Shown here piece after piece: positions 26,199-35,430 of a DNA stretch of 64,000 bases. Source of the DNA: a virus; IMG/VR virus record IMGVR_UViG_3300030329_004481; one strand, given 5' to 3'. Positions within the stretch are counted from its first letter, which is position 1. Each line of letters starts with the position of its first letter. The notes under the pieces are model-generated. The model saw nothing but the letters and a program-made list of their open reading frames with translations. It did no database searches and was not told the DNA's origin. Both the position numbers and the translations under genes were made by a program.

Positions 26199-26855
26199 TC
26201 AACCTGACGACCCGCTAGGTCCGGCATCACCTGAACCACCAACACCCCCAAGGCCAGTACTAGTAGAATATGAATTACCATGATCCGCATATGTATATTG
26301 CCATGTACAAGTAAATGTTTCAATTGTATTTACTGCATCATGACTTAAATCAATTGGTGAAACAGAACTTGGCCATAGACCTTTAAGATCAACTTTTGTA
26401 ACTGGTATTGAATTTCCAGTAGTTGAATCTTTTTTATCGTCTAATGAAAAAGAAGTAATAGTTGCTGAACCTAACATAGCGCTATGTGCTATACTTCCGG
26501 CTCCTCTAACGTTACCAACTGTTGAATTAATTTGTTCCATCCACCTTTCAATTCCAACTCTAATTTTCATACCTTCATCATTCAAAATGGTAGTTGTCCA
26601 ATCCCCAAATGTTGTGTCTCCTGCAAAATAAACAGTTCTGCCAAAATACGAAACAGGAATTTCTCCTATATTATATCCTGGCATTGCTGTAGAATTAACA
26701 AGAAAGCGAAATTGTGATCCATTATCGTCACTATCATTTAAACCCGTTGTAGTGATTGATGATGGTACAGTAATATTTACTTCAAATAGATTAGCTCTCG
26801 CACCAGATTTTGTAATGTTTCCAACAAAGGAATCTACACTAAACTTTGTTGCCAT
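26199..26855 (-). CDS. gp19: tail tube gp19 paralog 1
   Basis: GARANLFEV, FAGDTTFGDWTTTILNDE, IETFTCTWQY. Confidence 0.82.
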   Translation of the reverse strand: MATKFSVDSFVGNITKSGARANLFEVNITVPSSITTTGLNDSDDNGSQFRFLVNSTAMPGYNIGEIPVSYFGRTVYFAGDTTFGDWTTTILNDEGMKIRVGIERWMEQINSTVGNVRGAGSIAHSAMLGSATITSFSLDDKKDSTTGNSIPVTKVDLKGLWPSSVSPIDLSHDAVNTIETFTCTWQYTYADHGNSYSTSTGLGGVGGSGDAGPSGSSG

Positions 26856-26865
26856 TTATCTCTCC

Positions 26866-29103
26866 TTATTGTACTACTTCATTAAATGCAACACCAGTTC
26901 TAACTGCCACAAAACTAAGTTCAACAAAGTTGATGGATCTTGCTGGTTTCACATAAATTGCACCAACAAATTGATTTGAGTCAATTACTTGTGGTGTATT
27001 ATTTGATTCATCACACACTACCAAGAAATCTGTAATACCACCTCTTGCTTGAATATCTCTCAAGAAAGGATCAACAATAGAAACAAACTGTGATCTTGTG
27101 AAATCATCATTGAATTCAAAGAGTGCTTGTTCTGCCGCTTGTGAAATAGATTTCTCAAGTGTTATGAAAAGTTGTCTTACATTAATTCTATCAAAAGCAT
27201 TTGGTTTTGACAATAATGTTTTGTCTCCAAAAAGAACAGTTCCTTGTCCTGGAAATCTAACTACAGAATTAATACCCTTTGTGTAAAGTTTATCTCTATC
27301 TGCAGAAGATGGATTCCATGCAAGATCACCAACATTTCTAAGATTTCCTCTAGAAAAACCTGCTGGTGAAAAGAATGCTCCAGCTGTTTCTGATGTCAAG
27401 ACTGTTAGTCCAGCAATGTCAGCGTTTAATGGAATAAATCTATCTGTTTGGTTATGTCTATCAAATTGTTTTTTCCAACCAGAATCAACTACACCATAAG
27501 AAGAACTTGGTAAAGCGTTTCTAAATGCGACAACCGCATTAGCTTTATCTGCATTTCCTACAACATCTGATTTTTCAGGAGAAACAAAAGCCATACAATC
27601 TTTTCTGTATTCAGCAACATTTGTTATAATATGTGAAGCAACTGTTGAATTAGCCTCACCAGCAAATAGTACTGATACTGAAGTATCTGATGCTTCTTTA
27701 AATTTATCCCAACCTGCTGTATAATCTGCATTGGATAAATTTTGCAATCCATCTATTCCACCATTAAAAGAATATGTTGCTACCTTACCACAAGCTGGAA
27801 ATTTAACTGATCCTGCTGCATTTGATCCCCAAGATGATTCTGTACTATCATTAGAATTTTTAGTACTAATAGATCCTGATGGATGTGACATAAACCAAAC
27901 AAACCTATCATTGTTTAATTTATTCTTATAATAGTCTGGTGAATTTTTTGCAACAGAAACATTAAAATACTTTTGAATCTGTGTACCAGCAGTTGATGAT
28001 GTTCTTGTTGTTCCCCACATTCCAGTTTCATCAACTATTACAATATGAACTTCATCATTTGAAGCTCCAATGTTTTCACAAAATTGTGATGTTGTTGGTG
28101 CTTCCGCTTGTGTTTGAGAACTTCCAGGTGAACAAGCATATTCCCATTGTCTATTAAATGTTTTACTTGTCACTGCTGTTTTTGCTTTTGATACAAGTGT
28201 TAAAGCCGTATCAGATGCTATTGATGCAACTTTTAATCTTACTGAATTTGATGCATCATCTGTTACAGTAATAAAATCTCCAGGTTGTACTTGTCTTGTA
28301 AAAAATGTTCCAGTACCAGTTACCGATTTACTATTAACTGCAACTGATATTGTACCAAAAATAGCACTTGAATCTGATTCAAATCCAGAAGTTTTATAAA
28401 CATTCATACTTACTGTAGTTTGTGCTGTTACTGATGATGCTCCAGGTGTTTGTACAACATATGCAGTATCAGTTCCAGTTGTATTCATAACATTATTAAC
28501 TAAGTATTTTTCAGCACCAATCCAAATTGTATCATTGTCTCTGACTTCTTCATAAAAGTTGGCATCTGTACTAGACAATAATCCAGTTGTTCCATCAATT
28601 GTTATTGAACCAGTTAATGTCCCAGATTCTTTGTCTGGACCACAAATAGATATTTTTAAAGCGTTACCTCTTTGTCCCGCCCATTTTGCTACAAAAGGAC
28701 CATAAGTTCCATTTTCACTTCCACCAGTCGATGGATCATAATTAACTTCATAACCTTCTTGATTTTTAATTAGTACTGTTGCACCCTCTTGTGTTGCACC
28801 ATACGTTGTATTTGCTGTGGATGCATTTCTTGCTGAAGTGTTAGCAATTCTTGAAACTTCTACAGTACCTCCGTATGAAAGAAAGTTTGCACATGAATAA
28901 TATGAAACAAATGTACTTTCATCTGGAATGTAAAATTGGTCGTCTAATTGGGATACTGTTGAAACTCTACCTCTTGCTGGATCTTCGATTGGACCCCAAA
29001 GGAAAGGCCCGGAAAACCCACCTTGCGTTGTGGCTATAGTAGGTACGACAGTAGTTAAGTCTATCTCTCTAGTGAGTACACCAGGGCTTACTGTGAATGG
29101 CAT
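26866..29103 (-). CDS. gp18: tail sheath gp18
   Basis: SPGVLTREIDLT, FSPAGFSRG, FDRINVRQLF, KPARSINF. Confidence 0.96.
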   Translation of the reverse strand: MPFTVSPGVLTREIDLTTVVPTIATTQGGFSGPFLWGPIEDPARGRVSTVSQLDDQFYIPDESTFVSYYSCANFLSYGGTVEVSRIANTSARNASTANTTYGATQEGATVLIKNQEGYEVNYDPSTGGSENGTYGPFVAKWAGQRGNALKISICGPDKESGTLTGSITIDGTTGLLSSTDANFYEEVRDNDTIWIGAEKYLVNNVMNTTGTDTAYVVQTPGASSVTAQTTVSMNVYKTSGFESDSSAIFGTISVAVNSKSVTGTGTFFTRQVQPGDFITVTDDASNSVRLKVASIASDTALTLVSKAKTAVTSKTFNRQWEYACSPGSSQTQAEAPTTSQFCENIGASNDEVHIVIVDETGMWGTTRTSSTAGTQIQKYFNVSVAKNSPDYYKNKLNNDRFVWFMSHPSGSISTKNSNDSTESSWGSNAAGSVKFPACGKVATYSFNGGIDGLQNLSNADYTAGWDKFKEASDTSVSVLFAGEANSTVASHIITNVAEYRKDCMAFVSPEKSDVVGNADKANAVVAFRNALPSSSYGVVDSGWKKQFDRHNQTDRFIPLNADIAGLTVLTSETAGAFFSPAGFSRGNLRNVGDLAWNPSSADRDKLYTKGINSVVRFPGQGTVLFGDKTLLSKPNAFDRINVRQLFITLEKSISQAAEQALFEFNDDFTRSQFVSIVDPFLRDIQARGGITDFLVVCDESNNTPQVIDSNQFVGAIYVKPARSINFVELSFVAVRTGVAFNEVVQ

Positions 29104-29200
29104 TTTTTTCTCCTATAAATATAATTATATTTAGTTGACTTTTAGCGTGTTAAGTATAGTTCTCTCAACCTACCAATAGTTCACGTATCTAATATATTTA

Positions 29201-30835
29201 TCAAATTTCGGAGTTCCAGTATTTACCAGAACGAAATTCTTGCCATCCATGATATTCGGTAGGATCTAATTCATCTTCAAAACCATCATTGTAAAAACCT
29301 AAAGGAAGGGAATGTTCATCATTCATTCGCTCTTGTTGTTCCAACAATTCTTTTCTAATATCTGAATTTGTTATTTCTTTAAAATATCTTTGATTAACCA
29401 ACCAACCAAATAAAACTAGACACATTACTAAGTCATCATTATATCCTTCTTCTGCTTGATAAGAAGTTCCTTTTTCAGCAAATGTCATAAATTCAGATAT
29501 AATATCAAAATCTTCAATAAGTAAATGATCTTTTTCTATTAGTTCTTTTAAAGTTGAACAACCCATTCTTTTCACTGCTTTGGATGTGACAATTCCAACT
29601 CTTGAATTTTTCTTAAATCCACCACTAACTTCTTGTCCACCATGTGCTGCTGATGTTATTATTGTATTTTCATATTCTATATCATAATATAAAATATCAG
29701 CAACCTGATTTCCATTTCCATTTGTTTCCACTAAAGCATAAGATCCATTATATTTTTTAGATATTTGTTCAACCACATGAGGAAATATGATTGGTGATAT
29801 TTCATTATTTCTATATTTTGCAACAACTTTATATGGTATTTGTGTAACATCTATAATTAGAAATGCAGAATAATCTTGGCCAATGCCTGAAGCAGTGTCA
29901 ACTAAAGTACAATAGATATGTCCCTTTTGCGGTTCTTCATATACATCAAGTTCTTCTTGTTTTCTTACTGGATTTCTATATGGCATGTTTCTTAATTTAT
30001 TTGGATCAATTAAAGTGTTTGTAGATCCTAAAAATTCACATTCAAATTCTTGTCTCCATTGTCTTTCACTTGTGTTATCAATTGTTTGTTTTTTCCATGC
30101 TTCATCTCTACCAGGAACATCATTCCAATTAATAGCAAATGGTATATAATTGTTTCTTTTTTCTTCCGCGTCAATCCACATCTTATAAAACTTATTCATT
30201 CCATTAGGAGTTGATACAATAAAAACTTTTGTAGATTGACCAGATGAAATAGTAGGATATACAGAGTCAAAAAATTCTTCTGCTAAAGATGGTGGATCAA
30301 CGTGTGCAAACTCATCAAGAAAAATTACATTAAATGAAGATCCTCGAACCGCAGATGATGATGTTGCTGCTGCCATTACTTTACTTCCATTTTCTAATTC
30401 GATATTACCTTTATTCCAAACTGTTATTCCTTGTTGTAACCAAGATGGTAAATGTTCAAAAGACATTTGCAATCTACTTAAAAGTTCTCTAGCAAGTGAG
30501 CCTTTGTTTGCAAGAATTCCAACTTGCACACTTTCATTAAAAAGTATATAATGTAAAAGGTAAGAAATGATTGTAGTTGATTTTCCAGACTGTCTAGGAA
30601 GTTTTGAAATTACAAATCTATTATTATGAAAGGTTTGAATCATCCTTTCTTGATATTCATATAATTTAAAAGGAACTAACCCGTGATCTACATGAACAAT
30701 TTGAACATAGTTTTCTATGAAGTATTGTGGATCAGTTGAACATTTAATTAATTCTTTTACTTGTTCAGGTGTAAAATTTATCTGAACATTTGAATTTTTT
30801 AAATTTGGATTACCAAGATAATTTTCAGAGGGCAT
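29201..30835 (-). CDS. gp17: terminase large subunit gp17
   Basis: YLGNPNLK, PRQSGKS, FLDEFAH, STPNG, DDLVM. Confidence 0.97.
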   Translation of the reverse strand: MPSENYLGNPNLKNSNVQINFTPEQVKELIKCSTDPQYFIENYVQIVHVDHGLVPFKLYEYQERMIQTFHNNRFVISKLPRQSGKSTTIISYLLHYILFNESVQVGILANKGSLARELLSRLQMSFEHLPSWLQQGITVWNKGNIELENGSKVMAAATSSSAVRGSSFNVIFLDEFAHVDPPSLAEEFFDSVYPTISSGQSTKVFIVSTPNGMNKFYKMWIDAEEKRNNYIPFAINWNDVPGRDEAWKKQTIDNTSERQWRQEFECEFLGSTNTLIDPNKLRNMPYRNPVRKQEELDVYEEPQKGHIYCTLVDTASGIGQDYSAFLIIDVTQIPYKVVAKYRNNEISPIIFPHVVEQISKKYNGSYALVETNGNGNQVADILYYDIEYENTIITSAAHGGQEVSGGFKKNSRVGIVTSKAVKRMGCSTLKELIEKDHLLIEDFDIISEFMTFAEKGTSYQAEEGYNDDLVMCLVLFGWLVNQRYFKEITNSDIRKELLEQQERMNDEHSLPLGFYNDGFEDELDPTEYHGWQEFRSGKYWNSEI

Positions 30836-31059
30836 TAATTTTTTACAATAAACTCAACTTCATTATTATTAATTTTTGCGGTAACTAATGTGTGTAAATC
30901 TTCTTTAATTGTAGATATATCTGTTTGTATTGAACTAATTCTTTCATTAATTACCGCAATATCCGATTTGTGGGTAACAACTTCCAATGACATCCATCCC
31001 ACCAAAGTTAAAGTAGCAGTGAGAAATATTGGTTCTACTAGTTTCCAATGTTCTGTCAT
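30835..31059 (-). CDS. small membrane-anchored coiled-coil protein
   Basis: hydrophobic N-terminal helix then heptad-like segment; TAATG coupling to gp17. Confidence 0.6.
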   Translation of the reverse strand: MTEHWKLVEPIFLTATLTLVGWMSLEVVTHKSDIAVINERISSIQTDISTIKEDLHTLVTAKINNNEVEFIVKN

Positions 31060-31073
31060 ATAAAACTTTAATA

Positions 31074-31361
31074 TTAACTTCCGTATGTTCCCATTGCATT
31101 ACTTGCATATGAAACAGAAGTTAAACTTGCTCCTGATCCAGTTGCAGCAATTGTGTCAGCTGGTGCTTTTCTAACAAGTAATGAATTACCTGCAGGAATT
31201 ATCAAAGTTCCGCTATTACCTGAACCATTTGTAACACTACCATCTAATGTTATTGTTACTGCCGCTCCAGCTGATGCTGCACACCAAACCATGGTTGCAT
31301 TAGAGAGAGTGGTTGCTGACCCTCCTGCATCTTGTGTTCCTTTTATACTAATTGCGTCCAT
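31074..31361 (-). CDS. small Ala/Gly/Ser/Thr-rich putative virion protein
   Basis: composition; preceded by a late promoter and AAGGA. Confidence 0.6.
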   Translation of the reverse strand: MDAISIKGTQDAGGSATTLSNATMVWCAASAGAAVTITLDGSVTNGSGNSGTLIIPAGNSLLVRKAPADTIAATGSGASLTSVSYASNAMGTYGS

Positions 31362-31380
31362 ATTATTTTTTCCTTTTAAA

Positions 31381-31388
31381 TATTTATA
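31381..31388 (-). promoter_or_regulatory. late promoter TATAAATA
   Basis: exact motif, intergenic. Confidence 0.7.
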
Positions 31389-32345
31389 TTAACTCTTTGT
31401 TCTATACATTGAAGTCCAACCTGTGTCAGTATTGACGTAAACAAGCACAAAAGATGCACCATTTGTTGCTAGTGTAAGATCTACAGTATCTGCATTAATT
31501 TTATGACTATTCCTATCAATAGTAATATTATTAGTTGATGAATCATGACCGGCATCAACAATTTCTATTTGATCTCCCATAGAAGCGGATGCAGGTAATG
31601 TCATTGTTAAACCAGAACTTGGAGTATAAGTATCAACTAATAGTCTATCACCAGCAGATGCGGTATAATTTGTAGTTTTTAACTGCCAAGGTGAAATTCC
31701 ACCAGAGCCTGCTAAGTATGCTTTAATAGATTGTTGTGTTGCTAAAGCGGTATCACTATCTGATGCAAAATTATCTTCATCTAAAATTCTATCAACTCTT
31801 GAACCAGTTGAAAGACTTATTCCATATTCTGAAATATTAAGTTCTTCTGTTCCAGCTACACCAACACTTACGTTTGCATTTGTTCCTGAATCTGATATTG
31901 AAACATTAGATGATAGAACTTTAATTGAAGGTGCCACACCAGAATCAATATATGCTTTAATAGATTGTTGTGTTGCTAAAGCACTATCTGAATTTGTTGC
32001 TAAAGTATCTTCATCTAATATTGAATTAACCCTACCACCTGTTTTTAATTTTAAACCAGATTCAGAAACACTTAATTCTTCTGTTCCAGCAACTGCTACT
32101 GCAATATTAGCATTTGTTCCAGTGTCATTAATATTCACATTGGAACTCAATTTTTCAATTTTTTCTAAGTATACTGTTACTGTAGGATCATGGATATAAT
32201 CTATTGAATTATATGAAGTTGTTCCATCTCCAATTTTTAATCTTTTATGATCTGTTTCATATGCTAATTCACCAGAAGCTAAAACAGTATTATTACCATA
32301 CCAATTACCTCCAGTGTCACGTCTTATTTGTATTTGAGTAGCCAT
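31389..32345 (-). CDS. fibre/decoration protein with an Mtd-like N-terminal domain and an internal duplication
   Basis: IQIRRDT...LASGELAYETD..LKIGDG; two copies of SSNV...GTEEL...ILDED...LATQQSIKAY. Confidence 0.75.
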   Translation of the reverse strand: MATQIQIRRDTGGNWYGNNTVLASGELAYETDHKRLKIGDGTTSYNSIDYIHDPTVTVYLEKIEKLSSNVNINDTGTNANIAVAVAGTEELSVSESGLKLKTGGRVNSILDEDTLATNSDSALATQQSIKAYIDSGVAPSIKVLSSNVSISDSGTNANVSVGVAGTEELNISEYGISLSTGSRVDRILDEDNFASDSDTALATQQSIKAYLAGSGGISPWQLKTTNYTASAGDRLLVDTYTPSSGLTMTLPASASMGDQIEIVDAGHDSSTNNITIDRNSHKINADTVDLTLATNGASFVLVYVNTDTGWTSMYRTKS

Positions 32346-32361
32346 TTTTCTCCGTTAAAAA

Positions 32362-32925
32362 TTATGATGCGTTTCCACCATCTATTGTATATGTTGTTGG
32401 TAAACTTGAAGAAGGTAAAAGTCCAGAAACATCTGTTGATAAGTCTATTAAATTTCTTGTAATTGCTTGACCAGAAATTGTAATATAATCTAAAGTCCCT
32501 GCTAAAGTAACATCTGTTGAGTTATCAGTTCCAGAAGCGTCAACTCCTAAACTAGTTCTTGCTCCTGCGGCATCAGTTGCTCCTGTTCCTCCTGATGCGA
32601 CTGGTAATGTTCCTGTTACATCTGTAGTAACATCAACTTGTCCTCTAACAATATCTTGTCCACTTAAAGAAATATAATCATAACTTCCAGATACAGTAAC
32701 ATCTGTTGAGTTATCAGTTCCAGAAGCATCAACCCCTAAACTAACTCTGGCAGTTGCTGCAGTTTCATTTACTATTGTTGATGAATTTGCATAAACTAAA
32801 AAATCACCATCTGCTGCTCCACTTACATTGATACCTTGCATTGTTGTAACATTTTGTCCAGTAACATCTGTAAGATAACCACCACCAGCGGTATATGCAT
32901 TTCTATAACTATTTAAATTTGCCAT
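32362..32925 (-). CDS. fibre-like virion protein with a 63-aa tandem repeat
   Basis: LPVASGGTGA; two copies of SLGVDASGTDNSTDVT. Confidence 0.7.
   Translation of the reverse strand: MANLNSYRNAYTAGGGYLTDVTGQNVTTMQGINVSGAADGDFLVYANSSTIVNETAATARVSLGVDASGTDNSTDVTVSGSYDYISLSGQDIVRGQVDVTTDVTGTLPVASGGTGATDAAGARTSLGVDASGTDNSTDVTLAGTLDYITISGQAITRNLIDLSTDVSGLLPSSSLPTTYTIDGGNAS
32506..32727. repeat. 33-nt exact direct repeat (32506-32538 and 32695-32727), 189 nt apart
   Basis: agtaacatctgttgagttatcagttccagaagc occurs twice. Confidence 0.85.
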
Positions 32926-32926
32926 A

Positions 32927-34336
32927 TTAGTTCTCTGTTAATACCCATCCGTTATTTGAATCTGCGTAGACTAATTCAAATCCTGCTCTATTTGTTGATA
33001 CTGCAAGATTTTCTGTGACTCCCATTATTTTATGATTTCCTCTTTCTACTGTTATATTATTTGTAGAAGAACTTCCAGTTATATCAACAATTCTTACTGT
33101 ATCACCAGCTGTAACTGATACAGGTAGAGTTACAATAATTGCAGAACCAGAACAATCAACTAAAAGTTTATCACCTTTTGTTGCAGTTCTACTACCATTA
33201 ATTGGTATCCAACCATCTTTGTCTGTTGTATAAATTGGTGTTCTTTGATCATCAGATGATCCACCCGCACTTCCGCCATATCCTGTTGCACTTGTTCCAC
33301 CAGAATAAATGTATAAAATATCTGGTGCGTCTTGTGCTATTTTAATTTCTGTATATGCGTGGGCACTTCCAGGAGTTCCATTGTAATTTACTCCTGTTGT
33401 ATATTCTGTACCCCCTTGATGTGTTCCATCAATGGTTGTAGAAAATTTTAAAAGTTGATTTGCATTAGAAGCATCAGATTGATCAAATCTATAATTAAAT
33501 CCTTTTTGTAAATGTAAAGGAAATCTTTCATGTAAATTTGTTTTTAATTTATTACCATCAATAACAAATACATTTTGGGAAGAACTTCCATCATCAGCAA
33601 TAGTAACAGTGAATGTTTGATTATATTTTGATTCAATAAATGCTTTTACAGATTGTTGTGTGACTAGAGCAGTTGCTGAATTACTTGTTAAATTATCTTC
33701 ATCTAAAATGTGTGTTATATGTGGTCCAGTGACTGCGGATGCAGTTCCAGAATCATAAGAAATCATTCCTGTTGTGGCTGAAAAATCTTGTCCAGTTCCA
33801 CCATATTGTGAAGATATTGCAGAAGCTTGCCAAGTACCATTAGTTATAATTCCAACCGTGGATAAAGCAACTGAACCTGAAACTGGTGTTAATCCTGCAT
33901 CAACTGCTGTTTGATCTGTCCATTGAGATGTTGCTGAATCATAAGCTAATATTCTATTATCAGCAGGTGTGGTAGAAACTGTTACATTATTTAAGTTTCC
34001 TAGTAATACACCATTAACATGAGATCTTGTTGCTAATACATCGGAATTAGCAAGAATTTGTACTGTGTCACCTGTTCCAATAACAGTATGAATAGCACCG
34101 CCAGCACCCCCATGAATTGTTACAGTTGAACTTTGTGTAACTGTTTCTGGTGAACCACCGTCTCCCCTAACATCCCAGGAAAATGTTCCTGTGCCTGTCA
34201 TCAATCCAGATAGTTCTTCAATTGTAGTTCTTTTTATTCTATTTTCATCAGATGCATCATTTACTACAATTGAATCAGAAGTTGAAAGATTATTTTGGCT
34301 AATTAAATCTAATTCACTAATTACTTTATTTGACAT
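32927..34336 (-). CDS. fibre-like structural protein
   Basis: GTWQAS.I...YGGTG, YRFDQSDASN, C-terminal GD...NNITV.R..HKI...LVY...GW domain shared with 31389..32345. Confidence 0.72.
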   Translation of the reverse strand: MSNKVISELDLISQNNLSTSDSIVVNDASDENRIKRTTIEELSGLMTGTGTFSWDVRGDGGSPETVTQSSTVTIHGGAGGAIHTVIGTGDTVQILANSDVLATRSHVNGVLLGNLNNVTVSTTPADNRILAYDSATSQWTDQTAVDAGLTPVSGSVALSTVGIITNGTWQASAISSQYGGTGQDFSATTGMISYDSGTASAVTGPHITHILDEDNLTSNSATALVTQQSVKAFIESKYNQTFTVTIADDGSSSQNVFVIDGNKLKTNLHERFPLHLQKGFNYRFDQSDASNANQLLKFSTTIDGTHQGGTEYTTGVNYNGTPGSAHAYTEIKIAQDAPDILYIYSGGTSATGYGGSAGGSSDDQRTPIYTTDKDGWIPINGSRTATKGDKLLVDCSGSAIIVTLPVSVTAGDTVRIVDITGSSSTNNITVERGNHKIMGVTENLAVSTNRAGFELVYADSNNGWVLTEN

Positions 34337-34911
34337 TAAATATCCTTCTCGGAGTAAAAAATATGTCTATCTATTTTTACTGTCTTATTAACATTTTTAG
34401 CCCATCTAGGATCTGGTATATAATCTGCATGATAAAAAGTAGCACCATCAGTTATATCAAATATATCATTTGGTTTCAATAAAAATCTTGCAACATCAAC
34501 TGATTTATTCCAAAGTTGTCCTTTAAATGGTACATCATGTTTACCATCGCAGTACCAGCTAAACTGGCAACGATCTCTAACTGGAAAACCATTTGTGTAA
34601 TGTTTTCCTTGCTTTATAACTCCACAAACAGTATTTGGGAATTTTTTACTATTCATTCTATTTAGTACCACTTGACCGACAGCAATCTTTCCTGCGGTGG
34701 ATTCTATTGCTGCTTCAAAGTAAATGTTTTTAGACATACAATCCAAATCAACAGGATCAACAATTGAAATTGTTTTCTTTGCTTCTTCTTTATAAATTGT
34801 TGGTTGAATTGTAGGTGCTGGTGGAACCCAAACAGTTTGGGTCATATTACTATTAATAGATTGTGAAAATATAATTAAAAATATAATTGTGGATATAAGT
34901 ATGCGTAACAT
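34336..34911 (-). CDS. cell wall hydrolase, SleB/Hydrolase_2 family
   Basis: NIYFEA, AVGQVVLNR, FPNTVCGV, CQFSWYCDG, GATFYHA, HIFY; N-terminal signal/anchor. Confidence 0.92.
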   Translation of the reverse strand: MLRILISTIIFLIIFSQSINSNMTQTVWVPPAPTIQPTIYKEEAKKTISIVDPVDLDCMSKNIYFEAAIESTAGKIAVGQVVLNRMNSKKFPNTVCGVIKQGKHYTNGFPVRDRCQFSWYCDGKHDVPFKGQLWNKSVDVARFLLKPNDIFDITDGATFYHADYIPDPRWAKNVNKTVKIDRHIFYSEKDI

Positions 34912-35035
34912 ATTACCTCTTATAATGGGTTATTAAGAGCCTATCTGATTTGTTTTTTAAATATTTGATGAAGTGAAATACTTCTTTTGATTTTTTATGA
35001 TAGGCATTTGAAACCTTTTTCTAGAGTTGTAGTAT

Positions 35036-35043
35036 TATTTATA
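35036..35043 (-). promoter_or_regulatory. late promoter TATAAATA upstream of the SleB/fibre operon
   Basis: exact motif. Confidence 0.65.
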
Positions 35044-35430
35044 CTACTTAACCTCTGTACTCCTAGTGATTTCAAGGATCTTATCTATTTGTTTCTGAAT
35101 TTTATCAGTTCTATTCGGCCAATAGATATATTCCTTTTCTGGGTTTTTCATCAAGTTTTTAAGTAATGGAATTATCATTTTTTCCAAACCCTTGAAAACT
35201 TGTTTGTTTTCTTCTTTATATTTTTCTTCTAGTTCTTTCTTTCTAGCATCAACCTCCAATGTCAACATAGTTTGAATTGTATCTAGTCTTTCTAAAACAT
35301 GATTGCTCTGTACTTCAACTTTTCCAACAGCTTCTGCTGTTTTAGAAGGACTAACTATTTCTCCAAGTTCATCTGCATCAACTGCAGAAAAACCAAAATC
35401 AAAATCTAAATCTTCCCAATCGTCAGCCAT
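35044..35430 (-). CDS. conserved hypothetical protein of T4-like phages
   Basis: DFDFGFSAVD, IIPLLKNLMKNPEKEYIYWPNR. Confidence 0.7.
   Translation of the reverse strand: MADDWEDLDFDFGFSAVDADELGEIVSPSKTAEAVGKVEVQSNHVLERLDTIQTMLTLEVDARKKELEEKYKEENKQVFKGLEKMIIPLLKNLMKNPEKEYIYWPNRTDKIQKQIDKILEITRSTEVK

Noticed and set aside
29114-29121. Plus-strand TATAAATA upstream of gp18
   Set aside because: It has the wrong orientation for gp18 and lies in an AT-rich RBS region; likely chance.
31389-32345. Diversity-generating retroelement target (Mtd-like N-terminus)
   Set aside because: No reverse transcriptase or adenine-specific TR/VR pair is seen; the repeats are ordinary intragenic duplications.
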